From Psilocybe cubensis (lineage: Eukaryota), in assembly GCA_017499595.2 (NCBI GenBank), contig CM038999.1:3720001-3784000 (forward strand): 64,000 bases of DNA, in the 5' to 3' direction. Both the position numbers and the translations under genes were made by a program. Every line of letters starts with the position of its first letter. The first letter of the stretch is position 1. A model generated the notes under the pieces. It was not told where the DNA came from and searched no databases. It saw only the letters and a program-made list of their open reading frames with translations. This document shows positions 38,409 through 49,572 of the stretch, one piece after another.

Positions 38409-40064
38409 ATGATGCGCATTTCCTCTGCTTCATTGGCCTTCCTTGTTGGAGTCTTGCCTTTCGCATTAGCTCAGTCCCCGTTATACGGACAATGTGAGCA
38501 ACTATGCATAAGTCCAGATGCGTCTCTTTGACTGTCAATTCCATCGTTTGAAATGAAGGTGGAGGTACCGGTTGGACTGGTGCAACGACTTGCGTTGCTG
38601 GGTATGGTTGGGCATTTTGACTTTGATAATTTGCGATGAACTCTGTGTAGGTCTGTGTGCAACTTTTACAACGAATGTAAGTATTTGCATCCTCAAAAAG
38701 CTTATATACTAAACGGTTCCAGGGTACAGCCAATGCATTCCTGGCTCGGCTACTACCTCGACTGCGTCGACCCCACCGCCTAGCAGCACCTCTAAGACCT
38801 CAACTGCACCAACATCGACCCCATCAAGCTCTGTAAAACCAAACTATTGGTTCAGCTTGTACGAAAGTTACTTTCAGACAGCCTGTTCAATTTACAACTC
38901 ATTCATACCGTTTCAGCGGCGACTCATACTCACAGACAGGATTTGACATCACAGGAACACTTCCCAACGTTGCCAATCCCATCGGAAATCCCGACTTCCC
39001 AGGATGGTCGGCTACTGGGGGCGCGAACTGGGTCGGATACCTCACAGCTACATACAACAACTCCCTGTTGTTTACCTACAACTATGCCTACGGAGGGGCC
39101 ACAATCGATGCCTCCCTGGTTGCACCGTACGAGTCGACAGTGCTGAGTCTGACTGACCAGGTTAACCAGTTCCTGACGACGGTTGCTTCTAAGCCGACGT
39201 CGACACCTTGGACGAGCGAAAACTCTCTGTTTTCAATTTGGATTGGTGTTAATGATATCGGGAACAGCTACTACCTAAGTGGTGACCGCTCTGCGTAAGT
39301 TTACTTTTCTTATTTGTCTGGCAGGTTCTTATATAGATTGAAAACCGCAGGTTTTCCGACACACTTCTTAACGCCTACTTCGCGCTGGTACAAAAGCTGG
39401 TCAGTAAAGCGCAGATGCCATTTTTTGAAAATAATAATTTACTCACCTGTAACGTTAGTACAATGCTGGTGGAAGGAACTTCCTCTTTGCCAACGTGCCA
39501 CCAATTGATCGCTCGCCATTGGTCCGTGTTTCCCTTTTACAATTGAAATTGTATTCATGTCTATTTAAACTTTGAAGATGCTCGCCCAATCCACCGATGC
39601 TCAAGCGCTAGAGAAATCTGTTATTGGAACATTCAACACCAAACTTGTAGCTAAGATCAACTCTTTCGCCGCGAACAACACAGGGGTAAGGCGCGGACTT
39701 GCATCTCTAGTGAACGTATTGCCAAATTGAATTTCTTTTTAGGTCAAGACGTTCTTATGGGACTCGAATGCACAATTCACCGCTATGTTGAACTCGCCAA
39801 CTACCTACGGCTTTGCAGATGCTACATCCTACGGATCTGACCCGACTATGTTCTGGGGGTAAGCACCGGGTTTTATTAGCCCTGATATTCTCTGCTGACA
39901 CCTAAGAATACAATTTTCTACAGTAACAATTACCACCCAAGCAGTAAGTAATTGCTTAAGTTCCACCGAAAAATAATGATCTCATTTTCTCCCCTATAGC
40001 ATATGCCAACAAGTTCTTTGGACAGACTGTTGGTCAGAACGTTCTTGGGAAGACAATCTGGTAG
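38409..40064 (+). CDS. Secreted CBM1 + SGNH/GDSL acetylesterase (CAZy CE16-like), about 11 exons
   Basis: Signal peptide, then CBM1 QSPLYGQC|GGTGWTGATTCVAG|SVCNFYNEW|YSQC and an S/T/P linker. Catalytic blocks WFSF|GDSY, NYAYGGATID, WIGVNDI and FWG|NNYHPS. Stop TAG at 40062-40064. Confidence 0.9.
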
Positions 40065-40550
40065 AGTTCTGGTGCACATGAGTGCAGTTATACGAACATG
40101 TCATGTCTATCGGATACAAGAAAATCAAATCAAATCTGGTAAAGCAATGAGTGCTGGTATACATCTTCCTCGCCCAATCAGCGAGTCATAAATATGATTA
40201 CCAAGGTCTCTTACTACTGTAAAAATAGATCAGACTCACATCTTGACACCTTCGGACCCGCCAGGGGTTCCAATACCAGACGCACACCGCCGAGACCTGC
40301 CTGACCGACCACCCACTGACATCGGGCACAGAGCGCAATTTCAAACCTGTAGAAACTCAGGTTCCTTCAACCATAGCCACCTGCCAAATCATAAACGAAG
40401 ATGACTCTATCGCAATGCTAGACGGGACCGTAATCGTCCATGGGGGTGTCTGGACGGCTTGAGGTTGTGTCCGTAGTAGTATAAATCAGCAGAGCTTCCA
40501 CCCTCAGCCCTCTGATATCATACACCCTCATATTACAGAAGCTGCTCGTC

Positions 40551-41208
40551 ATGTTCGATCTTAACTGTGGAATCCGACTGCGTCCTTTTCGGGCACAACC
40601 AGCGGAGGATCTTGAAAACATCCTCAGTCTGTACAACAATGCTCAAGTTGCGCCTCTCATAACACTTCGTTTCTTGGCACCACGCGGAGAAAGGGTCAAA
40701 AAAGAGTTTCTAGAAATTATAGACAACGATGCAGAAATGTTTTGCATCATCGAGACCATTCCAAGCGCGAACCAATCTGTTGGTGGAACCGACTCGGACA
40801 CAGAAAAGCCCCAGTTTGTAGGAATTACTGGACTCTGGGGTTTCATGGAACGTGGACATAGACACACAAAATACTCCATCGTCTTACTGCCTCAATTTTG
40901 GAATAGAGGGTACGGCCAGCAAATCACACGGTTTATGGTCGACCACGCATTTATCCACATGAACATGCACCGCATATCGTTGGATGTATGGGGAGGAAAC
41001 GACCGAGCAATTGCAGTATACAAGAAACAGTACGTATCCTGTTTTTTTGAGACTTAGTTTGGATGTAGTTTTAATCTTGTGTAGGGGATTCATTGAGGAG
41101 GGGCGTCAGCGCAAAGCAATCTGGAGCAACGGCGGGTGGATAGACAATATCCAGATGGGGATGCTTGTAGATGATTGGAAAGAGCTGGTAGCGGGAACTA
41201 AGACGTAG
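40551..41208 (+). CDS. GNAT acetyltransferase, RimJ/RimL-like (exons 40551-41029, 41085-41208)
   Basis: Acetyl-CoA motif PQFWNRGYGQQ, followed by AFIHMNMHRISLDVWGGNDRAIAVYKKQ|GFIEEGRQR across a 55-nt intron. Confidence 0.9.
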
Positions 41209-42007
41209 ACAGTTGGGATGCGTCCAGCCAAAACAATTAAATGGCCTTTTCATCGTTGCTCATTGATTTTATGTTGTAAAAGCTAAATTTCTCTCCGTCA
41301 CCCCGTGAGTCTGCACGCACGACTGAGGAATCACATTCGATTCCAATATTGTCCATCGTTCACCTAGTTTCCGCGACGTTAAAGTTATAGCTTGTGGACT
41401 TTCTATGTGGGTATCTCCTATCAATATTTTGACTGTGTCAATGTGGTTTAACGACGAGAACTGGCAGACCTCATACGAATAGGGGCAACAATGTTGAACG
41501 AAAATGATCTATTTATAACTATACAGTATGTGTTAAAGTATCGACGCGCCAGCGACTTCATGAGGGATTTGGAACCTTTGTAAAGCTAGTATAATGACTT
41601 CCAAAGCTGACATAAATGTATTGTGCACTGTACGCAGTAAAGTATACTATTTGAAAAAATTTTTATGTTTAATAAAGACATCATTTTTTTGGCTATCCAC
41701 CGTCCCTTTCGATCAGTAGTCGACGTTCGAATTAAATCGAAGACCATGGATGACTACATGACGCGAAAATATATCAGCGAGACGCAATCTGGCCTGAGTC
41801 GTAAGCCAGCCTGCCGTGCAATTTCAGTTAGCCAACTGAACCCAGCCAATTCCTATATAAACCCTTACAAACGAGCTACCGTTTCCTCATCAATTCTTCC
41901 ATATTTGCTAGCCAAATATCAACCCTCTTCAATTGCACTCAGCGCCTAGTCGTCTAAGCACCGTATATCTTCAGAGCTAGCCTCACTCACACCTCACAAC
42001 TGCACCA

Positions 42008-42558
42008 ATGGCTTTCACTACTCGCCTTATCTCATACACGCTCGTCGCACTCCTCATGCTTCAAGGTCACATTGTGCAAGTACGCGGTGACCAAGGAGGC
42101 CCACCCCCACCCGACTCTGGCGACGTGAAAGGTCCAGGTGGTGACAGCGGATACCAAGGTGGAGATGGCGGATATGGGTCCAACCAATGGAACCCCCAGC
42201 ACGGCCCTGATGGTCATCCCGGTCCCAAGCCCCCTGGCTCCTGGCCTCCCAAGCCCGATACCCAAGTTCTTTGGGGCCAGTGTACGTCTTGATGTCAATG
42301 CTATCGCCATCATACTTCCATTTTTTGACCAACGAGCATTTTATTTACTTGTAGGCGGCGGATATTACTACTACGGGACGACCAAATGCCCGCCTGGGTC
42401 ATACTGCCGCTGGTTCTCAGATTGTACGTATCACACCTGCACATCAGCACGCAAACGTCCTTTGTTGACACGACGGTATTACTCCAGGGTACTCGCAGTG
42501 CAATCCCAACGACCATGGCGCTCCTGACGACCACGACCACGACCACGACCACCCTTAA
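42008..42558 (+). CDS. Small secreted non-catalytic CBM1 protein (137 aa; exons 42008-42281, 42355-42423, 42488-42558)
   Basis: Hydrophobic N-terminus, G/P-rich segment, CBM1 QVLWGQC|GGYYYYGTTKCPPGSYCRWFSDW|YSQC and tail NPNDHGAPDDHDHDHDHP*. Confidence 0.85.
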
Positions 42559-42925
42559 TTGGTCTAATCACCACGTTCATTTATCGGCTCGTTGACCGAG
42601 TTGGATTTGCGTAGTTTATTTTGTCGAGGAACGTATTTGGTGGAATGGATTGATGAAAAAATTTCAGAAAATCCCCGGGGCATCAATAGTATAGTTGTTT
42701 GTCTCGGAATATATCCTTGGTTCTTAATATGCATGCCCCAGACTAGAATTAAGGCGTGAAATTGGGGTATGAGTTTGAAAACAGTCGGGAAACAATGGGC
42801 CTCTAGGTGGTCTGATCCTTAGCTAGCTGAGAGATCGGCAGCCGAAAATAATATTAGCAAGAGCGGAGTGTTATTTGACGATATGGAAGCTAAAATATAT
42901 GCAGGTGTCGTAGGAAAAGCTACTT

Positions 42926-44684
42926 TCAAGCCTTGGTTGGAGTAGGAGGCTGTGTGGTGGGTGCAGCAGTGGGAACGGTCGAGGCAGAGTCAGCCGCGGG
43001 TTTAGGAGGCTCAATACCTCTGAGTTGGTCCATGGCCTCCCAAAGTGAGCCAGGAACCTGGGCTTGCATGGCCTTCTGGTCCTGTTCCAATAGACGTTCC
43101 AGTTCCTCGCGATTATCGTTGACATACTTCATCTCTAGTTGATACTGGGCTTGAGCTTCAGCGCGCTTTTGTTCCAGATAAGTAGGCGGAGGGACATTCT
43201 TAGGACGGTGAGGCTACAAAATCGATAGGATGTTATTACAGCCAGAACATAGATTGAAGATTAAACTCACAGTGTCCGACATGCCGAGAAGAGCACCGAA
43301 TGAGAATCCAGAGCCAGCACTATTTTTGTGCTTGGCTTGCCATTCCGCGATGTGTTTGGCTTTCATCTCCGCTTCGACCTTGCCATATTCAAGTGGAATA
43401 TCCTTTCCAGCGTATCTCTGAAGAATTGGTCTAACATCTCCCGGTTTGTAGATAGCAATGGCTGCAAAGAGGTTAGTGACAGCAGATATGAGCGTCATAG
43501 GAACATACACTCTAGGAAAGGAATCATTGCCACGAGATTTTTGTCCTTAGGGTCGCCTTTCCACTTGGGAAGAATGATTGTGTTTTCAGGGTGTGTAGAC
43601 ACATGTTCCGGATCAGTATCAATCATGACGACCTTGGATAGATCACGATTCAGGTACGATAGATCCTTGACGATTTTGCCATTTAGAGTGCGGGTAGCTT
43701 CACGGAACAAGCGATAGTTGATGTAGAAATTGTATCGGTCAAGTTTGTCGAGAATGGGGCTGGCAGTCTGTATAACAATTAGAATACAAGGCAATATCAT
43801 CAGAGAGGAAAACATACGTAAGAAGGTTGTGTTGTGAAGATAACAACTTCGTAAAACTGGGAGATATACGCAAGGAAATAATCGACGCCAGGTCGTTTCG
43901 CCGTCCGCCAACCGTTTTTGCGCTAAAGGTAACAATAAGAGTAGAAACGATGACGAATTTAGAAGAATCTTACATCCCAAGTTGAAGTCACCAGTAAATC
44001 ATCAATGGAAAGAAGGAGTGTGTATGGTTTCTGGTGAGGAGGAGGATAGGGTGGAGGAAGGAGCTCTGGCCAAGCTGGTTCAACGAAGAACTAGACACAA
44101 AGTTTGTCACTATGAAAGCCAGTAAATGAAGTTCTTACACCAAATAGGCCTGTAAACCGTTCTTTTGTCCGCGCCCAACGCGTTGAGGGTGCGTCCTCTA
44201 TTTTCTGTTGAAAGGAATCAGATACGCGAGTCACACGAAAAACACTAGTACACACCTTCTTTTTCGCCGCCAACTCTTCAGGTTCCCATTCTCTGCCCAT
44301 GTAAACCGCACCCGCTCCAAACGCGAGAGCCAGTAATCCAAGCGAAACCCTGCTCGCGAACCGTCTCTTGCGTTCACTTGATGACAAGGACCCTTTGGAC
44401 GACCGTGCACCCGTCCTTTGGTATTCTTGCTCTGTCCCCGGAGGTGAGAAGTCTAGTGTTGGTACACCGGTGATAGCAGCTGGCTGCTCTGGCTCTGGAA
44501 TAGGCTCGGACACCTTCGGTGTTGGTTCCTCGGCTGAAGTCGCTTTGGTCTCAGGCTGCCGCTGTGGGGTGGGCTTGATTTTTTTCTTGGGTGGCGAGGG
44601 GGGGACGGGAGGCTTTTTTGAGTAGTACCTGGCGGACTGTACCAGAGTACGCCGAGGTATTGACCTCGAAATGATAGAGAACAT
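42926..44684 (-). CDS. TIM50: Mitochondrial import inner membrane translocase subunit Tim50; multi-exon
   Basis: Arg-rich presequence [22 protein letters not shown], a single TM segment [16 protein letters not shown], and an FCP1/NIF-like domain: [50 protein letters not shown]. Confidence 0.92.
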
Positions 44685-45558
44685 TTTCGCGGTGGTACAC
44701 TGTCAGTGTAGTACAAGTGCTCCCACCCGACATCCGGAATTTTTGGCGGTCATAATTTGCATTTGTTTGTTTGAACGTATCATGGCCTCACGGGGACCAA
44801 TACCTCGTTTTCATGATCGTCATTTACCATTCTGAACCTACATTCATCGTTTTTATATCGCGGAATCAAAGGACACACCACAGGATCGTCATTGGGAGAG
44901 GAATTATAATGGAATGAATGATAATTTTCGCAACAACTGGCATTTCATGGTCGACCGAAAATCTTCAGTTTCATACCCAAAATCATCGAATACCCCACTT
45001 AAAACGCCCATATTCAAATCTCTACAATCATGACCCCAGATTTTAATCCAATTTCTAGGCGGAATTATCACATACTATCAATTGACTGTCAACGAAGCAT
45101 CTGGCGCGACCAAGTATTGCTCGTTCAGGCAATAAAATTGCAATATGTACCATCATCTGTTCCTTATACACCGATGGTGGACCGCAACAACAGACTTGCT
45201 GTCCATGTTATCTTCGTTTTTCTGTCACCATCGACATGAAAAGGTACATGCACCACACGAACTTCAATGAACATGTCGACCGAAACATGAACAATACACG
45301 AGGATTGGAGAGATACCGGGGGAAAATACGACGTGGTTCAGAAATGGCCTGCCTCATTGTTTGGTTTCCCATGGATAATGACGACAAGCTTTCCTAGATC
45401 GTGCAAGAGGTTTGACATTTTAGAATGAACGTCTGTTCTATGTCCAGAGCGATTCCCATGTGTTACGTTAAATGCGTCCGAGCACGCCTACAGGGTGCCA
45501 CTGATACTGATCCGTAGCTGATTGAATCTTGCAGACCACTACTTCCCCAAGAACAACC

Positions 45559-47478
45559 ATGTCGAATCAAGTTCAGGTGCAAGCTGAGTACATGCTTCAT
45601 CCCTACTGCCCATCCAACTCGAACATAAACAATACCCAAGACCATATATCTTTGGCCAGGAAAACCCTCGAAGACGAAACATTGACCGATGGCGAACGGG
45701 CCGAAGCACTCGACATGCTTGCGAGGGCCCTTTTCGCACGCGCCCAAAGCGCCGAAGGAGTCGATAGGAATGACGTTGACGAAGCTCTGCGTCTACTTCG
45801 ACAGGCTATTCTCCTGCGGACGGCCTCACACCCCAATCTCCCAAAATCTCTAGGCTATCTGGCCAATGTACTGTTTTGGAGCTATGTTAAAGGCCTGGAT
45901 GGACCATACAACCTCGAAGAAGCTATATCACTAGGCAGGAAAACCGTCGAAATGGCTTCTGCAACTCATACGGATCTGTCTACATCGCTTTGCGATCTAG
46001 CGTCGTTCCTCAGGAAGCGGTATGACCAAGGAAGGGCAAAAGACGATGCAATTGAATGCATGCATCTCTATCAGAAAGTGCTTGAGATTCCCTCTGCGCC
46101 CGACCACAGATGGCACGAGCTGCTCAGGAACCTGGGACATTCGGTTCTTGCTCGATATAAAAATGTGAATGACCAAATCGACCTTGATCAATTGATTTTG
46201 ATTCGTAAGGCAGTTGTCCAGCTGCTCCCTCAATCCCACCATACCCTTCCAGACTGCCTTTTCGAGCTTGGATACGCATTGGAGATGCGATTTCGGAAAG
46301 CGCGTGAATGGCACGTAGATGACCTCAACGAAAGCATTTCTTGCTACAGGCGGTCGTTGGACCTTCAACCGATACCTCCTGCCGACATGGACACCCGGCT
46401 CGACAATCTCGCAGATTTGCTGATATTTCGGTTTGAGGAAACACAGGACAAGAAAGATCTCAACGAATTTGTGTCCCTATACAGAAAAGCGCTTGAAATG
46501 CGGCCTGAATGGCATGCTGATCGCGCAGAGTCGTTGAAAAACCTTGGGAAGGCTCTCTATCGCCAGTTCACGAAAGGTTGCTCCACTATAAATCAACTCA
46601 ATGAATGCATATCTTTACAAAGGCAGTGTGTTCAGCTGCGACCTGCAATGCACCCTGGGCGATCTGATATTCTGTTCGACCTTGCTACGAGCCTGGACGT
46701 CCGATTTGACAGGATTAGAGAAAGATGTGATTTCGAGGAGGCCTTTGCTCTGTACAGGGAATCGCTCACTCTTACATACCCAGTGAACCCAGAGTGGGCC
46801 GACACACTCAAGAATCTTGCTTTCACATTGGTTTCTTGTTATGGTGATGAATCGGGTGAGAAGAGCGATATTGAAAAAGCCGTTGCAGTGGCAACAGAAG
46901 CCCTTCGTATCCGTGAAGAATTTGAATCAATGTACGAGATATCCGAATATTTCAATCAACTTGGGCATGCGCTGTTGGTGCTTATTCGGGATACGGACGA
47001 GGGCCATGAAAGGCTGGAGGAATGTATTAGTCTTCACAGACGTGCTTTGCAGCTTCGTCCTCACCCTCATATCGAGCGAGTTGCGTCTCTTTCTAACTTG
47101 GCAACGTCTTTGTTCGTTCGGTTCAAAAATGGGGGCACGATAGATGATTTAACAGAGTCGATATCTCTTTATAGGCTCTGCCTGCGGGATGAGGTAACTG
47201 GATTGGTAATGTTGTGTAACATGTCTTATCTCGCTGATGCTCTGGAGGCCCGCTTCGACATCAATAACGTTGTTTATCAACATGATATTCACGAAGCCAC
47301 TGCCCTGCGAAAGGAGGCTGACGAACTGGAGGCTCAGGTATCGATGAGGGATATAAGGAAGAAGTATAAGGCTAGGCAGGTAGCGGCTGAAAAAATGACA
47401 CGGCATCGTCACAAAGTCAACCAACTTCGTCGCAACAACAATTCTCCCAATTATATCTGCGATCCTCCTCTCTTATAG
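45559..47478 (+). CDS. TPR-like repeat protein with no CHAT domain (paralog C), intronless
   Basis: 639-aa ORF from ATG 45559 (MSNQVQVQAEY) with about 13 TPR-like repeats, collinear with paralogs A and B. Confidence 0.87.
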   Translation: MSNQVQVQAEYMLHPYCPSNSNINNTQDHISLARKTLEDETLTDGERAEALDMLARALFARAQSAEGVDRNDVDEALRLLRQAILLRTASHPNLPKSLGYLANVLFWSYVKGLDGPYNLEEAISLGRKTVEMASATHTDLSTSLCDLASFLRKRYDQGRAKDDAIECMHLYQKVLEIPSAPDHRWHELLRNLGHSVLARYKNVNDQIDLDQLILIRKAVVQLLPQSHHTLPDCLFELGYALEMRFRKAREWHVDDLNESISCYRRSLDLQPIPPADMDTRLDNLADLLIFRFEETQDKKDLNEFVSLYRKALEMRPEWHADRAESLKNLGKALYRQFTKGCSTINQLNECISLQRQCVQLRPAMHPGRSDILFDLATSLDVRFDRIRERCDFEEAFALYRESLTLTYPVNPEWADTLKNLAFTLVSCYGDESGEKSDIEKAVAVATEALRIREEFESMYEISEYFNQLGHALLVLIRDTDEGHERLEECISLHRRALQLRPHPHIERVASLSNLATSLFVRFKNGGTIDDLTESISLYRLCLRDEVTGLVMLCNMSYLADALEARFDINNVVYQHDIHEATALRKEADELEAQVSMRDIRKKYKARQVAAEKMTRHRHKVNQLRRNNNSPNYICDPPLL

Positions 47479-47820
47479 GGCCTATTATATGTTTTCCTTT
47501 GAAAGGACTTTCTATCTATGATTCTTTTTTCATTTGATCCTGCTATTTTACCCTACACTACATACACTGACCACGATTGAATGAATTATGGGCTTCGTGG
47601 GGCCAGCAGGGCATTTAGACTGGTAAGGTTAGGTTCTAAACCAAGAGGCGGCTCCATGTTGCATCATTCATAATTACAATTTGCTTTAGAAGGCATTTTG
47701 GACAGGCCCCACTATTGACAAAGCGCTCTACCAGCACTATCCTCTTCAGCTGAAAGAATGATAGAACCTCCAAATTGTGTTCTGAACAGCTTCCCAATCC
47801 TTGAACAAATATTCCCAAAG

Positions 47821-49572
47821 TCAAATTCTTCGGACTTGTTTAAGTGTTATGAGCCTATGGTCAAGTCCTCTTAGAATACGAGAGACAGCTGACATCTGTT
47901 GTAATTGTTATTTATTCCATATAACTCAATAACGTGGCGGAAGAAATATATCTCTAGAAAAAAAACTAACATAGTCCGTCTCGATTACAATATTGATATC
48001 GGTCCCCTTTTCCCGATACTGCTGCAGCATCACAAGAATATCCGCATCGACGAACATAGATGTCTCTCCCCAACAACGCATACTGAGCGAGCGAAGCAAC
48101 GCCACCTCAGTGTCATCGTGCCGAGGGTAGCGCTCGCAGCGCTGCGTAATAAACTCTGTAAATGCCCTTGGTGATATGTAAAAATCGCCTTCAAGTTCAA
48201 GATGCTCCAGACGGGGCAAATAATCGGTAGCCTGCCAAAACTCATCATTTGTAAGCCCGTGGGCTGCTACGAAGACTTGCGTGGCATTGGGGGTATACAA
48301 GAAATACTGTGAAACCTCAGGCCATTCTATTCCAGGGGTTACTATTCTGATTTCCTGTATCCCTTGAGATGTACGATCAAGAAAATACGATATGGCAGCA
48401 TGAGACCAGGCCCTACTGCCAGTGGAAGACCCGATACCAAAGTTCTTTAATGAAGGAAAATTTGCCTGCTGTAGTAAAGGGTCGATGAGATAACCGTCGT
48501 TGACTACTGCAATATACAGCGTCTGAAGGCGATGATGTGAAATGTCAGTGAGGTTTTTCGTCTCACCGCTATGTGGGTCCGGGAATTGTAGCTGCACGCC
48601 AATGCAACGGACGCGAAGATCCTGGAGATTTTGGCCCTTGGTTAGAATCGTGAAAAACTCCTGGATGGTAATATAGGTAACAGGGTGTTCTGTATAAATT
48701 GCCAAAGTAGTCAGTTGGTGGAAGGGGAAGAAATATTCATCATAGTGAAATTTAGATTGATGGCTAATGTTCTGCATGGCCGGGGGCCAGTGAACCAGAG
48801 CAAGATTTAGAATTGCCCTATACGGCCTCTGTGCTCGCGACGGGGAGGCGTGAATTATATCAGGAGCAATAATTTTATACCGCTTTAGTGCCGAAAATGA
48901 TTTGGCGTGTGGGGAGAAAATGTTAACGCCTATACCTGGCAAACAAGAAACAACATAGATAGACCTCCATCGATTGAAGCAACCCATCAGTTCTTTGAAA
49001 AATGGCGTCTCGGTTATGGCAAAGGGTTCCATGTGGGTGGTTAAGTCAAAGCACATGTCCAACGGAGCACTGCGAGATCGTGATATCCAGAGTTTAATCA
49101 AGGAAAGTGTATGGTACAGTCGTAATGGTGATGGAGTTGGAAATTCGTATACCACTCTTATAGTGGTCCACAATCTAGGAGAAGCTATTGCGATAGAGCG
49201 CCAACGTCGGCATACATGGGTTAATAACATTGGTCCTTCCAGAGAGTGAAAGCTCTGAGGGACCTCGGGAATAGTTAAAACTGGGCCACCTCGTTGGCAA
49301 TGACTGAAAATTTCGGCCATAATTTCTGGTACAAGATCTCGAATTGTATGCAAAATCGCCTTATGCTGCCGAATAACACCAGCAAGAGCCTCCTTTTCTG
49401 CTTGTTTCACTTTGACTCGGTCCTCTATTCCTCTGTCTATCTCCGTGTATCGATTTTCCAAGGTGTTGATGAAAGACCTAATGATTTGTCTCTCTTGGCT
49501 ACTTGCTGGCCTGTTGGATACGAGGAGATCAGGAACAGGAGAAGCAGGCAGCAATCGCGTAGGATATTTCAT
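47821..49572 (-). CDS. Agaricomycete-type F-box protein; probable short terminal exon 47895-47821
   Basis: Coiled coil, then IRDLVPEIMAEIFSHC...PMLLTHVCRRWRSIAIASPRLWTTI and an LRR-like C-terminal half. A candidate intron 47970-47896 (GTTAGT...CAG) gives the terminus MSAVSRILRGLDHRLITLKQVRRI*; the unspliced ORF ends at 47926. Confidence 0.82.
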
